The notes: a model not told the origin generated them from the letters alone. A stretch of DNA of 61,179 bases, filler included, from 5 parts of 5 records of this genome joined end to end with filler, not necessarily neighbours in it; one strand, 5' to 3'. Counted from the whole stretch's first letter, positions 9,531-20,453 are shown. Translations and numbers: made by a program.

Positions 9531-10310
9531 ATGCTCCGCAGTCACATAGGAATAGCAACGGCGCTTACATCACTGCTATTTGCCGTTCCAGCCTACTCCG
9601 ACGATCCACTTCGCCTCGCTGTTGATGTTCCCTTCGAGCCTTTTGAGTATCGCTTGCCCGACGGCACCCTAACAGGCTTTGAGGTGGAGCTGGGTGAAGA
9701 AGTATGCCGACGCATCGAGCGTGAGTGCGAATGGGTAGAGCAAGGCTGGGACGGCATCATCCCCGGCTTATTAGCACGCAAATACGACGCCATCATGTCC
9801 TCAATGGCAATCACCGATGCGCGCCGCGAGCAAGTGCTGTTCTCAGAACCCTACTACAGCAACCCTAGTGTCTGGGTGACTCAGGAAGGCAAAGAGATCG
9901 ATATTGAGGATCACGACGCCCTTGAAGGCATATCGGTAGGCGTTCAGCGTGGCACCATCCGCGATGAGTACATCACCGACACCTATGGCGATCTCGTTGA
10001 CGTACGGCGCTATGCAACAGGCGAAGATCTCGCGGTAGACATTAGAACAGGTCGTTTAGACGCAGCTTTTATGTATTACCCATTAGCGCTGTCATCGCTT
10101 GAAGTTAACGCTGAAGGCAGTGGGATTGTTACCAGCTCGCCACTGATCCGCGAGCCCAAGCACTATTTCGGACATGGCGTGGCGGCAGCCTTCCATCCTC
10201 GCAATGAAGCCCTGGCGGAGCAGTTCAATGAGGCACTGCGAGAAATCAAGCAAGACGGTACCTACGACGAGCTAATGAACAAATACGTCGACTACGACAT
10301 CAAGATCTAA
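9531..10310 (+). CDS. Polar amino-acid ABC transporter substrate-binding protein (HisJ/ArgT family)
   Basis: Signal peptide; PFEPFEY, WDGIIPGL..RKYDAIMSSMAITDAR and GVQRGT motifs. Confidence 0.92.
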   Translation: MLRSHIGIATALTSLLFAVPAYSDDPLRLAVDVPFEPFEYRLPDGTLTGFEVELGEEVCRRIERECEWVEQGWDGIIPGLLARKYDAIMSSMAITDARREQVLFSEPYYSNPSVWVTQEGKEIDIEDHDALEGISVGVQRGTIRDEYITDTYGDLVDVRRYATGEDLAVDIRTGRLDAAFMYYPLALSSLEVNAEGSGIVTSSPLIREPKHYFGHGVAAAFHPRNEALAEQFNEALREIKQDGTYDELMNKYVDYDIKI

Positions 10311-10336
10311 GATCTATCACTATCTCACCAACTATA

Positions 10337-10372
10337 CCCCCAGGGATAACACGCTATGCTTACCCCTGGGGT
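10337..10372. terminator. Putative terminator hairpin between convergent genes
   Basis: ccccagggataa...ttacccctgggg inverted repeat. Confidence 0.5.
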
Positions 10373-10401
10373 CGTTGTATTAAGTAGAGAACAACCTAAA
10401 T

Positions 10402-10855
10402 CTAATTCCGAGACAGTGCTTCATTAAGAATGGGCACTTGTACTCTACTCAGTCCAGCTAATCGCCACGTCTCAACGGGCTCGCTGCCTTCTGCCCCCTG
10501 GATTGAGCCCCAAGCCACTCGAATCGACGTTGTGTAAACAGCCCCGTCTCCCATCACAATATTCGCGTCAATTAAATACCGCCGCTTCTGCTCTTGCATG
10601 ACGTCATCATCAAAATCCGAGGTTACTTCAATCTCCGCAATACCCGCATCGTTACATGCTTCATGGAAGACAGAAAATTTCTCTTCATAATAGGGATCCG
10701 GCTCAATTTTCCGTTGATGCATCCCAAGGTGCCTTTCTATATCACCATCACAGATTGCTTGAACAACGAGCTCAACCATCCCTGTTGCCGTCTCGCTATA
10801 CACTCCATTCGCCTCACTAGCCTCACTAGCCTCATTAGCCTCATTAGCCTCATTA
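10402..10855 (-). CDS. Acidic hypothetical protein, 5'-truncated by contig end
   Basis: Frame stays open upstream of 10803 to the contig edge and reads (NEA)n-SEA-SEA-NG-VYSETATG... Confidence 0.65.
10811..10855. repeat. Tandem repeat, at least 5 x 9 bp (gcctcaYta), coding
   Basis: Two gcctcacta and three gcctcatta copies running into the contig end. Confidence 0.9.
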
Positions 10856-10955
10856 NNNNNNNNNNNNNNNNNNNNNNNNNNNNNNNNNNNNNNNNNNNNT
10901 TAATTAATTAANNNNNNNNNNNNNNNNNNNNNNNNNNNNNNNNNNNNNNNNNNNN
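10856..10955. other. Artificial contig spacer
   Basis: 44 N + TTAATTAATTAA (stops in all six frames) + 44 N. Confidence 0.98.
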
Positions 10956-11002
10956 GCGGACGAGTGTCGCTTAGTTCTCGCCGGCGCGCCGCCCAGCCGC
11001 AC

Positions 11003-11768
11003 CTTGCTCGCTTAGATCGTGATCGAATACGATGTGGAGCAACAGAAGCATTCGTGGTACATTTTCCGCATTGGGTTCAATCACGTCGAACTGTGTACAA
11101 AGGTGTGTCCAGAAATCAGCAACGGAACGCAGCGCGACGCAGAAGCTCGGCGCTGCCAAAGCGGGACCTTGTCGCGCGCATGCAGCTGCTCCGCTCCACG
11201 GCAACCTGTTGCGCTGTGCAGCGCAGCGGCGTGTGCGGGAGCAGCAAGACGATGCGAGCAAGGAATGAATCATACGCGCTTACCTCCAGTATAGAGTCAT
11301 CCCCAACGTTTGCGACATCGCAGAGACTTTCGAGAATATGTCGAACATCGCAGCTACCAAGGAGCAAGATTCTACAGTTTCCTGCGCCTCGCTCCCTGTC
11401 TGACGGAGACGAAAAGCGTGCGCGCACCGTTTGCAGCCATGCAAGGATCAACCCCGAGCTTCTCTTCAATTCAGAAAATGCCGCTACATTGTAAGGGTCT
11501 CGCTTGCTCATGGTTCTCAGGTTCTCTTTCGTAGCGCTCCAAGGTAAGTCCGATTCCGCGAGTGCATAGGTGTCTGCCTCGCGCTTGTGGCTGGCCCTGA
11601 TCGCATTGTACAGAATCACCAGCGCAACGAGGTGGAATGGATGTGCTGCTTCGTTTGCGCCTGCCAAGCAAAGCGATCTTGCCGCCTGGTCGACACCGCA
11701 CCTTGATGCTGCAATAAGGATACTGCAGGGGAGAATCCCCACCACAGGGCAGGTCCAACCGCGTCCAT
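11003..11768 (-). CDS. DNAAF3: Dynein axonemal assembly factor 3 (DNAAF3/PF22), spliced, 3' part beyond contig end
   Basis: Exons 11768-11702, 11399-11284 and 11090-11003 with GT..AG introns and consistent phases: MDAVGPALWWGFSPAVSLLQHQ-DRERGAGNCRILLLGSCDVRHILESL...ILE-FDVIEPNAENVPRMLLLLHIVFD. Matches the DNAAF3 WWGxSPA and LLLGSxDxRH motifs. Confidence 0.8.
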
Positions 11769-11946
11769 GCTGGATAATGACACTCGCGATTCGTTGCCCA
11801 GCGCCGCACGCGCACGCGGAGCGCCCAACGCGGCGCACGCTGGCTGTCTAGGGCGACGAGTGGTTATCCCTGCGCTCCAAGCTCGCCCGCGCCAGCACCA
11901 GCGGCCGCCTCTGCGGCTTAACGCGCAGTTTCCCCAGAGCGCGGAC

Positions 11947-12767
11947 ATGTCCACCACGCCTGCAGAAGATGTATCGAAACATGTCAAGACAGAGATTGAG
12001 CAGCGCGCGAAAGCTGCGCTGAGTTCCACTTCAGCTTCTTTTCGCTCGCAGCTTGCAGACGCAGTTGGAAACGTACGGCATACGCGTTGCAAGGACAAAC
12101 TTTAGAGTGCAGCGAGTGCGCTCAGTTTGTTCGCGCTTGTGGCCTAGTATCGCCGGTGCAAAGGAGAGCCTCGCGAATTCCCAACCAATCAGTAGTGTGA
12201 ATAACGAGTGTTTATATTTCGCTCTGCAGCTTGGTAGAGAAGATTGTTCTGAGAAAGTAGAAGATTCACATGATTGCAAGTGCTACGCTGCCACAACTGC
12301 GTCCGTCCTACCTGACTGCGAGCGGCGGTTTTGCTTCCCGCCCGCTGTCCGGAACGTTTCACCAGTCTCTCGCACGACGTTCTCACATCAGCGTTTCTGA
12401 CTTCTTCGTGTGTACAGTCTCTACAAAAATCCATAAACGGTACTATTGTCGCGGAAAAGACGATCGAAAGGACAAGGCAGGTCAGTGCGCCGCTCCCACG
12501 TAAATGCCATCGAGAGCAGGGCCCCGTAAACGCACGCGGCTTCTACTGGGACGCTGAGATGTCGCACGACAGCGCTGATTTCGCAGTGCTGACCCTTGCG
12601 TTGCTCTTCGCGAACGCGTCTGGTGCATCGATATGCAGACTATATCATCGATCGATACGCTGAGTGAACAGCTGACAATCGACGCGAGAGCTGCGCTCGA
12701 GGTCGCACGGCGCGCGCTTCCTGCGTGCTCGTCGCTAGCACAGGCTGCTGCAGCAGGGAAGCGGTGA
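11947..12767 (+). CDS. Small spliced helical protein (105 aa), unknown function
   Basis: Exons 11947-12072, 12418-12480 and 12639-12767, all phase 0, donors GTACGG/GTCAGT, CAG acceptors: MSTTPAEDVSKHVKTEIEQRAK...ADAVGN-SLQKSINGTIVAEKTIERTRQ-TISSIDTLSEQL...GKR*. Confidence 0.5.
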
Positions 12768-13631
12768 CAGTGCCCTGGCACTCGCCTCTGTATTTATGCG
12801 CTAGCGCGCTTTGTACAGTACAATACAACGGAAAAAAATGATTTTTTGTGATCGCGAGGACAAAGATGAAGAAAAGTAAATCCCTTTACGAAGCGAGGGA
12901 ACCGTTGTGGCGGTATACGGCTTTGGACATTCATTCTTTCTAGTCGCAGGAGCGGAAGCGCAGCGGGAGAGCCAGAGCGCAAGGGCTGCAAACGCCCCTG
13001 CAAAAATACTCACCCGCCGCCCACAAACCGCTGCCACGCACAGAGATATATCACCGCGAGAGATTTAAAAAAGTTAAGAACAAAGCAAACCGTCGCAAAC
13101 GCTTGTAACACCTGTGCGTTCTCTGTTCTGAAACACAACGAACAAAGCCCGCCTGAGACAAAAAGCAGAGAGCACGCGCACACAATCTACGAGCAGACGA
13201 GCGGAGCCGTCGCCTGTCCCACACCACACGGAGCGCGAAGAAGCGCGCGCAACTGCGCGATTTGGCAACGCCACAGCGGGCTTCCGACAAAACCAATGAC
13301 TATGTTGGCGTGTGCGCTGGGAGAGAACCCGTCATCATTCCCGGCAAACATGCGCAAAATTGGCAAATCAGAAGCCGCTTGCTCGCTCAAACGCTTCGCA
13401 CGGGCTGCATATCCTGAACGGCAACCGCGAGGGGAAAGCCGGCGCACGCAGAGCTAGCACACCTGCCATCAGCCCAAACGGCCTAGAACATGGCGACACA
13501 ACGGCATTCCACCACGCGCCCAAAATGCGCCGCCGGGTCGGGAATGCAGAGCGGACCAGAGCATTGCCTCTATGCTTACACCCGCCGCAAAAACTCCAGG
13601 CAAAGATGTGGCCCGCCCACGCTCTGCATTT

Positions 13632-16600
13632 TTACCGGGACTGGGTGCTCACAATCCCTGGTGTGTTGATCGTCATATTCTTGATCATGCTGTACAGCGA
13701 AAGACAAACGCACGGAGTCCCGCCGCAAGGAGCGCAAACATGGGGTTAGACGGCGTAAGCGAAACAGAGGATCGCCAGTGCGATACGCGCTCCGAAAGAA
13801 TCGAGAACAATCGGTAACAAAACAAGGGATAGCGCTGTAGGATGAAGGCCAATCAAGCGATTGCACGTGGGATTCGCGGAACCCCTCTGAGGATTCGCCT
13901 TGCGCTCAGGCGCGCACAAACTCAAAGGTGGCTCACGATGCGTGCAAGCGCTGGGTCGATTCCCGTGCACAAGCGCAGCGCAATCCACCACTTCAACACG
14001 CGAACGTCGCAAGCACACGCGCGCACAGCATGAAGCGAAACGAAGCAATGCGAAACAAACCTCGGGTGGCGCTTCACCATCGCCTTGTACTCTTCAAAGT
14101 CGATCTTGCCATCGCCGTCGATGTCCGCTTCTTTGAACGTAGCGTCGACAAGAGCCTCGATCTATCGCGGGTTGCCGCAACGAGTCAACAGCACGAGCTC
14201 ATCAGATACACACGAGTGAAATGCAGTCCATCACGCCGTGCTTTCGCTAGTGCGTGGGTGAGAGGAGCAACAACAAAAGACGTACATCTACACTTGTATA
14301 CTAAGTTGTGTGCATACGCGCTCAGCATGCAGTCGGCTACGCTACCTTTGCAGACGGGTCAGGGCTCCGCGTCAAACCAGGCATTGCGTAGCAGCGTGGC
14401 AGAGCGTACTGCACCATTACACTTCAAAGGAAACCACCAACGCATACCTGCTCCTTCGACAAGTTCATGTGATTCTCAATCAAGCTCGCCTCGAGCATTT
14501 GGAACAACTCTTCCTTCGTAATATGCTTATCTCCATCAAAGTCGTAGATGTTGAATGAGACTGTGCGCAGAAAACGGAAACGCAAGGCGAGGGAGAGCAC
14601 AGCGCCGTACGCGCCCGCGTTGCAACGCCGGCGTGAGTCACACGTTAGCGAAAGCAGCAAACACACACACACACACACGGCGTGAAAGTAAAGCGAGGAC
14701 CTATCACATGCAGATATCCGCACAACACAATCCTTGGAATGGAGGAGCACAAGATACAGTAGTTCTTTCGCCCTGCGAGAAAGGTCCACTGCTTCTCAAG
14801 GGCGGAGCAGACATAGGTTGGCGGATGTCCCGGCCGTGGGAAGCACAGGCAAGCAAACATTCCCCAACCGCGACTTGCCCCGTTTGTGCCACCGCCCCGG
14901 CAGCGGCAATGAAGGGCAGGAATCGACACTACTGTAGCAACTTCAAAACAAGCACATCCCCCACATCGCGGTACCAGTATGCTACATGAGGTCTCTACGA
15001 GCGCATGCTTAGCACAAGCACCCGCTCCGCCTGGTGACGCGGACACACTCGCGGCTACACCGTGCGCGGGCGGCCGTGGCGGAGACATCAATGCCCTCTT
15101 CGAGCGGGAAGACCGAGCGCGACGAAAAGGCGCGCAGAAGCGTCGCAAACGTACATTCCAGCTTCTCCTCCAGCGTTCCCTTGGGGCAGAACACGCTGAG
15201 TCCGCACAAAAATTCGCGGAAATTAATGGCACCGTCGCCATTTTCATCAAAGAGGCCAAACATTCTGTCCACTGTGGAGTAAGGTTTCGGACAGGAAAAG
15301 CACGTCACCGTGCGCGCGTGGAGCGGCGTGAGCGGAACAGCGGCAACACGGCACCACCCCGGAAGCCCAACACCTCGTTGCAAGGCAAGGCACACGCTGA
15401 GCCCTACCAAAGCCGATAAATCTCGTGCACCTGTGCCAGCCGGACAGCCATTACAAGGGCCACTTCCGATCACATCGCAGTGGATAAAGGGCAACCTTGG
15501 CTCAATGACACAAAAAAGAGAATAAGAGAAGTGCTGGTGATGGAAAGCACGCGCAGCAGGCATGGGCGCCAGCAGCACCGAAGTTCGTCGAACCTGCAGA
15601 CGCCGTGGCGGGACAGGAGAGACGAGCAACGTCCACTGAAGCAAGCGTGTACCACCCCGGCTGTTGCATGCAACGAAGGAACGAAGGAAATACATCAAAA
15701 TACGTACCGAACAGGGAATCTTTCAAACCCAGCGCACGCTGGAATTCTTTCTTGTCAATCACACCATCATCATCCACTGTGCAACGAGCGCGCGAAGCGA
15801 GAAAGGAGAAACGGTGTGAGCAGTCGGTGGCAACAACCTCCAAGCACAAGGAGTAATGCAGGACCCGGATTTGTCCCGCGCTTCGCTGCCACACCATGCT
15901 GGACACACAACCCCGCCAGTAGCGATCCGCACTCACTCGACTCGCACGCTTGCGCGCCCCCCCCCCGGGGATCAATGATGGTATGATGCCCAGCTATGCA
16001 AAAAAGAAAAAATACTCGTCTCTTGTCACGGAAGTCGGGACGGGAAAAAGCGCGGCGCTGTGCTTCTTGCCGAGTGGCATCGGCAAGGTGTGGCGAACCG
16101 ACGTTTGCTGTGCGTGGCGCCGCTCGCTGTCACGCTCGCACCGCAAGGCTCGCTTTATCCTGCGCGCCCCTGCAACACCGCAGCAGCGCCTTGGTCAAGA
16201 GGCCGCCGCAGAGAGCTTCCGCACTCTACAGAGAGCTACACGGCTTCATGTCCGCACGCTTATGGATCTGCTGATCCGCATCTGACAGTCGTCACAAGGG
16301 GGGCGAGCTCCCCCTTCTGGAGCACGCGTGCCGAACAGTGCTGTGTAGCGGCGGGCGGAGCTAGCTCGACGCCGCACGCGAAGCGGAGAGCACGCGCGTG
16401 AACAAGCACCGTGCAGCCGGCGTGACCCATATCCAGAATCGCTCGCCAACCCCAACGCGGCCTCGGCCCCCCTCCCTGCGCAACCACCGCAACCTTTGCC
16501 GCGACGTACAGCAGCTAAATGCGAACAGAGGCGACTTTCAATGCGACCACGGATAAAAGCGATCTCAAGTCATCGAGTGTATGCGGAGTACGGTGCGGGA

Positions 16601-17398
16601 GGATGCGCTTTTCCTGCGTCCGAGCGTCGCATCTGATGCAAAAGCGCTCCTCGCTCCGTGTCGTGAAAGTGGTGACGCTGCAGCAGGACTCTTCAGCAGA
16701 GGCACGAGCAACGCCCTACAAGCAAGCAACCACCTACAAGAGTGCGGAAAACTCCAACACCGCGCCCAATACTTTGGTGCTATGCATCACACCAACTTTA
16801 TCAAGTACACTCGGTGAAGGTGGAATAAAAATGGGAACGTACGCGACGAACTGATGGACTTGAAGTGCTTGTAAAGCTCCTTGATTTCTTCCTGCGCAAC
16901 TGCATAGCGCGCGGGCAAACCGAAGTCGGCGCAGGTAAGACTTTTGACTGGTCCATTGCAAAGAATGCCCGAGGAGAACACGTCTGTGTTGCACGCCGCG
17001 CACGCCGACAGCACGCAGCCGCCTTGCACGGTGCGGCGCTCGCTCTCCCGGCAGCGCAATACGACAAAAAAAACAGCCAAAACGCCACCATTGCACTTGC
17101 TTACACTTGCATTCGTAACAGCATACGGTACGGGGAATCAAACTGCGCCAATGGGCAACGTTCAGGAGGCGCGGGAACGTGAGCGCACAGGCGCGCGCGT
17201 CGGGCAACAGAGGGAGTTGCTACCCACACGCGTGAGTGCGCTGTGGTGGCTTTACGAGTACGACCGTAAAAGCCAAGCAGCGTTCGCCGCAAGGAAAAAA
17301 GAGCTCCGCTCCGCGAACAAACACCGAAACGTACAGTGCGTCTCCTTCAAGAACGCTTGGATCTCACGCTTCTTCAGCGAGGTACTCTTATTTCCCAT
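13632..17398 (-). CDS. Calcineurin B-like (CBL/SOS3-type) EF-hand calcium sensor, 7 exons, 192 aa
   Basis: Exons 17398-17335, 16899-16843, 15776-15708, 15271-15155, 14560-14448, 14161-14061 and 13689-13632 total 579 nt in one frame; all introns GT..AG. MGNKS N-terminus, 14-residue EF1 loop SSSLDDDGVIDKKE, EF loops DENGDGAINFRE, DFDGDKHITKEE and DIDGDGKIDFEE, and HPSMIKNMT. Confidence 0.9.
14661..14678. repeat. (AC)n microsatellite in a CBL intron
   Basis: Nine AC units. Confidence 0.8.
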
Positions 17399-18463
17399 GA
17401 CTGTATCACTACCTTGGCCACGACAAAGAGCAGCACAGTACAGAGGCACGACGACGGGACGAGCGAGGTACTGTGGGAGAGAAAGGGTCCGGAAGCTGTT
17501 CAGCACGCGCTGCGGTGGCGCGAAAGCAAGAACTGCTGTCCTGTCGGAGGAAGAAAATGCTCCAGCTCCTTGCTCCTCCTCGCTCGAGGCCAGGGATTGC
17601 TGCAAAAGATACCATACTACTTTAATGAATGACCGCCATATTTAGTCATTGCGCCCCCCGCTACTTGCGCGAGCCAGTCTTTGAACAAAACCATGTTCCA
17701 TTTTTCTTGTTGTTGACGCACGGTGTTTGTCGTGGTGCCACAAGAAGAAAAAAGAGATAAAAGGATTCTTAGCGGTACAGCGCATTCCCACGCTACCGGC
17801 ATTACGATGCATTCGGCGCCGATCTGACGCACCGCTGCGTCGCTCTCGTCAGCTTGAGCATAGTGGAACGACAACACGCGGGCTAGGGGGGACAAGGAAC
17901 ACTTTCCTTGTACAATTGATAGGGTTAGATACTATCAAAGAATCTGTTACACGGAGGAACATCGAAACCAATGCGCATTAGGCGACATCGTACGACCAGT
18001 GCTCTTGAAGAGCGACGAGCTGCGAGCAGGTCACCGCGCTGTACCTCTCCCTTTCGGCCCGCGCTCCCATCCCAGTGTGCCCCAGTGTGCTGCCTTTGTC
18101 GGTTTCTTGCCCGGCATTATTGATATCCCCTCCTGAAGAGTCTTTCGGAGCGAATTGTCCTGCTCCGGGTACAAGCGAACTGTCGTAGTCCTTGGGGGGT
18201 ATTCTTTGTTTTGTTTTGTTTTTTCCAGTTCGCGCACGCGGACCAACCAACTCTCGTGCTGGTGCGCACAGCAATAGCACCAGCTAGCTGCTCGCTACGG
18301 GTGTCTGAGCGCGACATGGCCGGCGGCCTCCACGACTTCGACGTGCTCTGATGCACTTGTCTCTGGAACGTCGTGAGGCTGATTTCTTTGGTGTTGGTAT
18401 ACCGCAAGCGTCGTCGACGTGCTCTTTCTGCACGCTGTGACGCACGAGGCGCCGTGCTGCGCG

Positions 18464-19412
18464 ATGTGCGGGTCTCCCTTGCCGCGCGCGGTGCTCGTAC
18501 TCGCTGCCGCCGTCGCTGTGCTGGCTACACCTTCTGCTGCTGTATCAGTTCCGATACGACCCGTAATTCCGTCTAGCGCACGCTCTACGCTAATGTACAC
18601 GAGTAATGGAGTATTGCATATATCATACTCGGAATTCAATATTTCACAGTCCTCCGGCTCGCTCATCTTGCGGGCGTGCGACACAACGGATTGCGCCGCA
18701 GCGCGCACGGTACGCGCGGTGTACGGCCCGCCAGGCGTCGTGCAAGGCGAATACGTTTCTCTCGCGGCGCTCCCGTCGGGGAACATCACGCTGGCATTTT
18801 CGTCGGAGTGTGTAAACGCTTCAACTGGGACTAGTTCATCTTCGCTTGGCATCTTGGTCTGTAACTCCTCCGCGGAGCAGTGTGCGAGCACGCCTGTGCT
18901 CTTCGTCAACGGCAGTTCTGTGGGCCACGGCACACCAACCGTTGGCTGGTTTGCCGATGTCACTGCAAACGCGCACGGAAACCCCGCCGTTGCCCACTAC
19001 GACCCCTTCCACGGGCGTCTGATTATCACCCAATGCCAAGATTCATGGTGTTCTCATGCGTTTTCGACACAGATCAAGACTGGAGGCGGTGACGTGGGCC
19101 AGTATGCGCGCGTTGTTCTTGGAGCCGACAACCTCCTTGCCGGCGCTGCGTTTGATCTCACCGCGTCATCACTGACATTCTTCCACTGCAACGATTTCGC
19201 GTGCAATTCCGTGGATGCGCGGCACATCGATGGTGGAGCATCTGTGGCAGGCAAGCATATCGATATGCTCGTATTTGGCGCTCGTCTCTTCATCACGTAT
19301 CTTGATGAGACGATAGCGAGCACGCGTGGGATTGTCTGCGAGGAGCCATCGTGCGAAAACTACACTCCCCCTGTCACGATTCTACCGGACACCAGCTCTT
19401 TCACTGCAGTAG
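18464..19412 (+). CDS. Secreted Cys-pair repeat protein (probable beta-propeller); first exon, gene truncated by contig end
   Basis: Signal peptide (AVLVLAAAVAVLATPSAA); five repeats ending CDTTDC, CNSSAEQC, CQDSWC, CNDFAC and CEEPSC; likely donor GTATGT at 19413. Confidence 0.7.
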
Positions 19413-19447
19413 GTATGTGGCGCAACGAGAAACCGCCGGAGCAGAGA

Positions 19448-19547
19448 NNNNNNNNNNNNNNNNNNNNNNNNNNNNNNNNNNNNNNNNNNNNTTAATTAAT
19501 TAANNNNNNNNNNNNNNNNNNNNNNNNNNNNNNNNNNNNNNNNNNNN
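19448..19547. other. Artificial contig spacer
   Basis: 44 N + TTAATTAATTAA + 44 N. Confidence 0.98.
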
Positions 19548-19710
19548 GCCCGGCTCTGCTTTATGCGGCGCACTTATTCTTTCGGTTGGCTCAGTGATTT
19601 CCAAAATCATTATTCCAGGCACCATTATTCCCATTGGCATTATCACATCACTCGTGGGCATTCCCTTCTTCCTATTTTTGGTACTCAACCATAAGAAGGC
19701 ATCATGGTAA
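19548..19710 (+). CDS. FecCD-family iron-chelate ABC permease, C-terminal fragment
   Basis: PGSALCGALILSVGSVISKIIIPGTIIPIGIITSLVGIPFFLFLVLNHKKASW*, a typical FecCD C-terminus overlapping the ATPase start. Confidence 0.85.
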
Positions 19711-20453
19711 CCCTACAACTTAACCAGGTTTCTGCCCGCTACGGTCGCCGTCCTATTATTCAGGACATAACCACGCCGCGCTTTCAGGGCGGCCAGGTTG
19801 TCGCCCTGCTTGGCCCTAACGCAGCAGGTAAATCAACCCTGTTTCGCCGTATTTTAGGCCTGCTAAAAGGGGATGGTGAGGTGATTGTCAGTGGCACCAG
19901 TGCTGAACGCCCAGTGGCGTATATGCCTCAAGATACAGGGGCAAAGGCGGTGCTAACGGTGTACGAGTCAGTGCTACTGGCACGTATGCAAGGACGCAGC
20001 CTAAAAGTGCAGGCTGAAGACCTTAGCCAGGTCGACCGAGCGCTTGAAGAACTCAATATCAGCGCTCTTGGCGAACGTGATATTGGTGATCTAAGCGGCG
20101 GGCAACGTCAACTGGTGAGTGCCGCCCAGGCGCTGGTTCAAGAGCCTGAAATTTTAATGCTGGATGAGCCTACCTCAGCGCTTGACCTTAACCGCCAAAT
20201 CAACCTGCTAAGCGTACTGCGGCGTCTTGCCGATGAGCGCAACATGCTCATTCTGGTTGCCCTTCACGATCTCGGGCATGCGTTGCGCTTCACTGATGCA
20301 GCCATGGTGTTAGAGCACGGCCGTTTAATCGCCTGCGGCCCAACCGAGGAAGTAATTTCACCTGAGTTGCTGCGCCAAGTTTACAAAGTGACGGCGCGTA
20401 TTGAGCCATGCTCAAAGGGCCGCCCTCAGCTTATTGTCGAAGAAGCCGTTTAA
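19704..20453 (+). CDS. Iron-chelate/cobalamin ABC transporter ATP-binding protein
   Basis: GPNAAGKST, LSGGQRQ, LDEPTSALD and LHDL motifs. Confidence 0.92.
   Translation: MVTLQLNQVSARYGRRPIIQDITTPRFQGGQVVALLGPNAAGKSTLFRRILGLLKGDGEVIVSGTSAERPVAYMPQDTGAKAVLTVYESVLLARMQGRSLKVQAEDLSQVDRALEELNISALGERDIGDLSGGQRQLVSAAQALVQEPEILMLDEPTSALDLNRQINLLSVLRRLADERNMLILVALHDLGHALRFTDAAMVLEHGRLIACGPTEEVISPELLRQVYKVTARIEPCSKGRPQLIVEEAV

Noticed and set aside
10856..10955. TTAATTAATTAA palindrome flanked by Ns, recurring four times
   Set aside because: Identical 100-bp design with stops in all frames: a concatenation linker, not a biological repeat. ORFs running into it (e.g. 10594-10911, 19500-19688, 53881-54180) are artefacts.
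10964..18407. Dense overlapping Arg/Ala/Cys-rich ORFs on both strands
   Set aside because: Expected by chance in GC-rich intronic DNA. The real coding parts are short exons recovered by splicing.
10956..19447. Eukaryotic genes between bacterial genes as horizontal transfer or an endosymbiont insertion
   Set aside because: Every boundary is an artificial spacer, so there is no physical linkage.
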